A DNA stretch of 64,000 bases from the human T2T-CHM13v2.0 reference genome, Homo sapiens: the NCBI RefSeq assembly GCF_009914755.1, contig NC_060926.1; one strand, given 5' to 3'. Of this stretch, positions 57,600-64,000 are shown piece by piece. Each line of letters starts with the position of its first letter. The stretch's first letter is position 1. The translations under genes and the position numbers were made by a program. The notes under the pieces were generated by a model, which worked only from the letters and a program-made list of their open reading frames with translations, searched no databases and was not told the origin of the DNA.

Positions 57600-58680
57600 T
57601 AACTTGCAGAATTATAGATTTTTTTTTGGTAATGATAACTTCTTTTTATCTCTTAATATCTACATGATCTTCTTCATTGCTGATATTGGTAATGTGTTGT
57701 CTCTTTTCTTGTTTTTGGGTTTATCAAGTTTATTATCTTTTCAATAATCCACTCTTTGCTTTGCTAAACTTTTCTGTTCTGTATCTGCTTTATATTTCAT
57801 TAATTTTTGTTCTTATTTTTATTTCCTTCTGTCTTCTTTCCTTGGGTTTACGTTGTTATTTTTCTAGCTCCTTGAGCTAGAAATGTAGATGCTGGTTTTA
57901 AACTGTTTTCTCCTATAATGTATGCATTTAAAACTACAAATTTCTAATCTCTGCTTTTGCTGTTTATCTCAGGTATTTGTATATAGCATTTTTATTTGCA
58001 TTCAGTTCAAAATATTTTCTAATTTTCTGTTCGATTTCTTTCTTGACTGCAAGTTATTTAGAAGTATTCTGCTTAACGCACAAACATTTGGGGTTTCTAA
58101 TAATCTTTCTTTTGTTCATTTCTTGTTTATTTCCACTTTGGTCAGAGATCATCCCTGCGTGATTTCATCTTTTGAACTTTGTTAAGACTTGCTTTACAGT
58201 CCAACACATGTTCTATTTTGGTAAATATGCACTTGAAAAGATTGTGTGTTCTCTAGTTGCTGGGTGTAGTGTTCCATATAAATGTCTGTAAAGCCAAGTT
58301 GATTAATTCTGTTGTTCATTTTTTTATATACTTATTGACCTTTTATCTGATTTTCCTATCAGTTGCTCAAAGAGATTTGTTAAAATCTCCAACTATGATT
58401 ACAGATTCGCCTATTTCTCTTTCTTCTATTTTCTACTTCATTTGTTTTGAAGCTCTCTTACTAGGTACATACAAGTTTCTGATTGTTATGTCTTCCTGTT
58501 GAATTAACTCTTTTATCATTAGGAAATGTCATGTTTCAACTCCATTACTACTTCTGGCACGAAGTCTACTTTGCTATTATTTCAGCCACACCTTTCATCT
58601 GGTTAGTATTTGCACGACACAACTTTTGCCATCTTTTGACTGTTTATCTTTCTATGTTTTTATATTTAAAGTGTGTCTTA
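57600..58680 (-). mobile_element. Old L1 ORF2 (5' half) fragment
   Basis: T-rich antisense L1: gctgatattggtaatgtg…ttcagttcaaaatattttctaatt…gcacttgaaaag…gttaaaatctccaactatgatt. Confidence 0.85.
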
Positions 58681-58865
58681 GCCCGGGCCTGGTGGCACGT
58701 GCCTGTAGTCCCAGCTACTTAGGAGGCTGAGATGGGAGGATGGCTTGACCCCAGCCAGGAGTTCAAGACCAGCCTGGGCAACACAGTAAGACCCCATCTC
58801 TACTGAAAAAAAAAAATTAGCTGGGCATGGTGGCATGTGCCTGTAGTTCCAGCTACTCAAGAGGC
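58681..58865 (+). mobile_element. 3'-truncated AluJ/FLAM-like element
   Basis: One monomer, an A-linker and only ~45 nt of a second arm; no tail and no TSD. Confidence 0.88.
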
Positions 58866-59590
58866 ATTTGCATTTGGAGTGTTTCCTTTTGTTTCCTGTA
58901 GTGTGGGTCTGCCAGTGATAAGTTCTCTCAGCTTTTGTTAGTAAGAAAATGTCTTTACTTTGCCTTTGTTTTTTAAATTTTAGCCTTTTTACATTTTTGA
59001 AACAATCATAAAGTTATAGAAAAGTACAAAGTTGAATATGAAGAATTTTTTTTGCCTGAACCATTTGAGAGTATTTTGCCAGCCTGATGCCTCATCACCC
59101 TGAATGCTGTAGCATATATTTTCTTTAAATATTCTCTGGCAAACCAAGGTACAACCTTAAACATCAGGAAATTAACAATGATGCATTACTATCTTAGCTG
59201 ACATCCTGTTTAAGACGTGCCAATTGTTCCAATGACGTCTTTAGAAAAGGAATCATGCTTTGCAATCATTCGGCACGAGTCACCATGTCTTTCTAGTTTC
59301 CTTCAGTTTGGAACAGCTTCTTGATCTTTCCTGGGCTTTCCTGACCTTGATAGTTTTGAAGATTACAGGCTAGATACTTCACCGAATTGCCCTCAATTTG
59401 CATTTCTCTCATAATCTGATCTGCAGCATTATATTCAGGGGACGGGTCTTCAGCAGACCTATCAAGGAAGGGGGGCTGCATTCTTCTCATTGCATCCTAG
59501 CGGGTGTTGCATAGCAATTTGTCCCATCCTTGGTGATGTTTACTTTGATCATTTGATTAAAATGTGGTCTGCCAGTCTTCTCTAATATAA

Positions 59591-60294
<704 letters not shown>

Positions 60295-60329
60295 TAAGCT
60301 CATGTTTTCCTGTTTTATTGAAAGGGTTA

Positions 60330-60817
<488 letters not shown>

Positions 60818-61013
60818 TCATCTTATCCTTTCCCTGCCCCAGTCCTGAAATTAGCCATTTCTCCAAGGATTCCTAGTTCCCTTTCAGTGAAAAATGTTAT
60901 TTAGAAGCCAAAATCTGGGTAATAAGTATGTATGCGTATGTATGTATATTATATATGTGTGTGGCACATATATTCATAAATCCACACAGATATCCTATTC
61001 CAAACCAATATCA

Positions 61014-61409
<396 letters not shown>

Positions 61410-61704
61410 TCACCCTGCTTGGGCCTTGACTCTCCACACCACACCCAGCCAGCCTCTCTGAGTGGATGCCCTCTTCATCCTGATGAGTCACTTGTATCCC
61501 ACATGGGGCTGCCCCTATCTGTCTGACCCTGCCTCAATCTGTTTGACCCTGACACCCTGCTCTGAGCTGTGGTGACTTCCTCCACTCCCGCTACCCCAAA
61601 ACCACAGATACCTACCTTGCTCTGCCCCATCTAATGGCTTTAGAACTAGATTGATCAGGAAGGGAAGAAAAGGGAAGGCAATAGAAAGAGAAACATGAAT
61701 CGCC

Positions 61705-62426
61705 CTCATTTTTTAAGATAATTTTCACTGGGTATAGAATTTTTCTGCATTGAAAGTTGCCATTCCATTGTCTCCTGGTTTTCATAGTTGCTATTAACAA
61801 GTCAGCCATAACTCATTGTCACTTCTTCAAATGTAATGTGTTTTATTTTTCCTGGCCACTTTTAACATTTTCTTCCTGTCTTGGTTTTCACAGTTTGACT
61901 ATGACATTTCTATGTGTAATTTTCTTTGTATTTATTCTCCTTTGAATTTACTAAGCTTTCTAAATCTGTGAGTTGATTTCTTTATCTGATTTTGAAAATT
62001 CTTGCCTATTATCTTTTCAAATATTACTTGCCTTATTATTTCTCCCTTCTTTCTTTCTAAGAACCCAGTTATATGTGTGTTATACCTTTTGATTGTGTCC
62101 CAGTATGTGTCTTTTACTCAGATATTTTATTTTCATTATTTTCTCTCTCTGTATTTCAGCTTAAGTATTTTCTATATACCTGTTTTTGAGCTCATTAATC
62201 CTATCATCTTTTGTGTTCAAGTTGCCATTAAATCCATTCGATGAATTCTTAATTTCAGATTGTTGTTGAACAATCCATTGTTGAACTGTCTATTTGAATT
62301 TTATAGATTCCAATTCTCTGTAGAAATTATCTTTTAATTTATCTTGTCTATCTTTCTATAGTCTATTTATTTATAATAACTTCATTCAGATTCTTTCCTA
62401 ATAATTCCAATAGCTGAATCATCTGT
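61705..62426 (-). mobile_element. Old L1/HAL1-like fragment, resuming at ~63672
   Basis: gataattttcactgggtatagaatt…ttccattgtctcctgg…cagtttgactatga…taataattccaatagctgaatcatctgt. Confidence 0.65.
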
Positions 62427-62502
62427 GTTGTGGTGGTGAGATAAACACCTTCACCCCAAATTTGGCTTAAATGTGAAGACTGATGGCATCACACACACAC
62501 AA

Positions 62503-62534
<32 letters not shown>

Positions 62535-62847
62535 CAAGAGGATATGAAAATGTTATTCATATTTGAGAATTTCTGTGAAGAGCCTGGAAACTTCTCAAGA
62601 AAGACCAAAAATGGCTTCAGATAGCTGAAAAGGGAGACTGGCTTTGGGGTTATTAGATGGTGGAGCTGAGGGTGAGGGTTTCCATGCATGGGCCAGCACT
62701 TGCATGGTTTAAACTTCCTGCTGAGGCTAAAGGAGGGAGCACCTGGGCTTTCTTACTAGTTGGCCCAGATGTAAGACCTGATGTAAAAGAAAGAGAAGGT
62801 GGTGGAGCTTTAAAACTGTCAGCACTCAAATATCAAAAATGGAGTCA

Positions 62848-62945
62848 GAGTGGTTTGAGTTTAGTGGTATGTACAACTAATTGATCATAAACAGTGACAG
62901 ATTTACTTGTTCCTTCTTCACTTCCACTGCTTCATTTGGCTAGCC
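62848..62945 (+). pseudogene. Y3 RNA (RNY3-derived) retropseudogene
   Basis: gagtggtttgagtttagtggtatgtacaactaattgatcataaacagtgacagatttacttgttccttcttcacttccactgcttcatttggctagcc is colinear with hY3 (GGCTGGTCCGAGTGCAGTGG…ACAACTAATTGATCAC…CCACTGCTTCACTTGACTAGCC); purine tail; TSD aatggagtca / aatggaatca. Confidence 0.93.
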
Positions 62946-62947
62946 AT

Positions 62948-63122
62948 GAAAGAAAGAAAAAGAGAGAGAGTGAGGGAGGGAGAGAGGGAAAGAGGGAGGG
63001 AGGGAAGGCAGGAAGGCCTCAAGGTAGGAAGGCAGGAAAGAAGGAAGGAAGAAAGGAAGGGAGGAAGGAAGAAATGAAGGGAGGAGGAAAGAAAGAAAAA
63101 AATAGAAAAGAAATTTTAAAAA
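62948..63122 (+). repeat. Purine-rich (GAAA)/(GA)/(GGAA)n tract
   Basis: Seen directly; follows the Y3 copy. Confidence 0.9.
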
Positions 63123-63156
63123 TGTTTAATGGAATCAGACTTTTTATGACAATCTG

Positions 63157-63532
63157 CATTATAGATTGAGTGTTTATGTCTTCCTCAAACTCATATGTTG
63201 AAGCCTTAACCCTCAATGCGATGGTGTGTGGTGGTGGGACCTTTGGGAGGTAATTAGGTTTAGATGGAGTCATAAGGTTGGTGCCCTTCTGATGGGATTA
63301 GTGCCCTTGCAAGGTAAGAAATAGACATCAGACTTCTCTATGTCCACCATGTGAGCACACAGAAAGAAGCTAGGAGGCTACAAGCCAAAATTTAGCCCCA
63401 CACCAGGAACTGAATCTGCTGGCACCCTGCTCCTTGCATTTTCCAACCTCTAGAACTGTGAGAAATAAATGTCTGTAGTTTAAGCCACCCAGCTCATGGG
63501 ATTTCATTACAGCAGCCTGAGTGGACTCAGGC
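63157..63532 (+). mobile_element. MaLR LTR (MLT1A0/MSTD-like)
   Basis: tatagattgagtgtttatgtc…ctcatatgttgaagccttaaccc…gacctttgggaggtaattaggtttagatg…agaactgtgagaaataaatgtctg…cagcagcctga. Confidence 0.88.
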
Positions 63533-63557
63533 AGACTTGTAATCTGTAATCAGACAA

Positions 63558-63671
63558 ACCCCAAATTTGGCTTCAATGTCAAGACTGATGACATCACACA
63601 CACACACATACACACACATACACACACACCAAGAGGATATGAAAATGTTATTCATATTTGAGAATTTCTGT
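63558..63671. repeat. Direct-repeat copy of 62453-62576
   Basis: Same 37-bp left part (3 mismatches), CA tract and identical 43-bp right part. Confidence 0.95.
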
Positions 63672-64000
63672 TGTATTTTTCCCTATGAGTTATGCTTTTT
63701 GGTCATGTTTTCCTACTTATTTCTGTCTTGTAATTTTTATAATGAATTTCTGACTTTATGTATAAAAGAGTCCTAGAACCTAAAGTCATTATTATTCTTC
63801 CACAGAAAGCAGTCACTCATCTCCTATTAGGCAGATCAGGTGAAGGGTTGATCACTCCAATCCAATCAGGAGCTGAGCCCGGCTGGAGGTGGATTCTGGT
63901 GTCAGAGTCAGTCCAGCTCTGGTTTCCAATGTCTCAGGGATGAGGTATGTCATGGGCTCCTCACAGCCTCCTCCTTCTAGTAGGACTTTACCTCCCAAGC

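Larger units (their letters stand above)
62427..63152 (-). mobile_element. ERVL-class solo LTR (MER74/MER54-like) split by a Y-RNA retrocopy
   Basis: aaaggagggagcacctgggctttctta…gcccagatgt…aaaactgtcagcactcaaatatcaaaaatggagtca | gactttttatgacaa; the LTR end resumes after the insertion. Confidence 0.75.

Noticed and set aside
62427-63671. Reading the two repeat copies as the paired LTRs of a small provirus
   Set aside because: The second copy is only an internal LTR piece, and the intervening DNA is the rest of the LTR, a Y3 copy and an MLT1 LTR, with no PBS, PPT or internal coding remnant

Overview
Primate (most likely human; AluY-type copies present) genomic DNA with no protein-coding gene I can recognise. 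The ORF track is chance ORFs in GC-rich DNA plus Alu, L1 and microsatellite translations. About 1-45 kb is GC-rich, mostly unique sequence with MIR, L2 and MaLR relics and several candidate regulatory patches. About 45-64 kb is AT-richer and nearly all L1/HAL1, MaLR/ERVL LTRs and Alus. Best-supported items: a decayed ERV-L gag-protease-RT internal segment (minus strand, ~31.4-33.5 kb); next to it a hAT-Tip100 (Arthur-like) transposon carrying nested AluS, MER58 and MER63 elements; a Y3 RNA retropseudogene with a target-site duplication inside an ERVL-class LTR (~62.85 kb); and a near-identical ~115-125 bp local duplication of part of that LTR 1.1 kb away. I found no evidence of a new biological system. 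Subfamily names come from remembered consensus sequences and need RepeatMasker/Dfam confirmation. I could not identify the locus.
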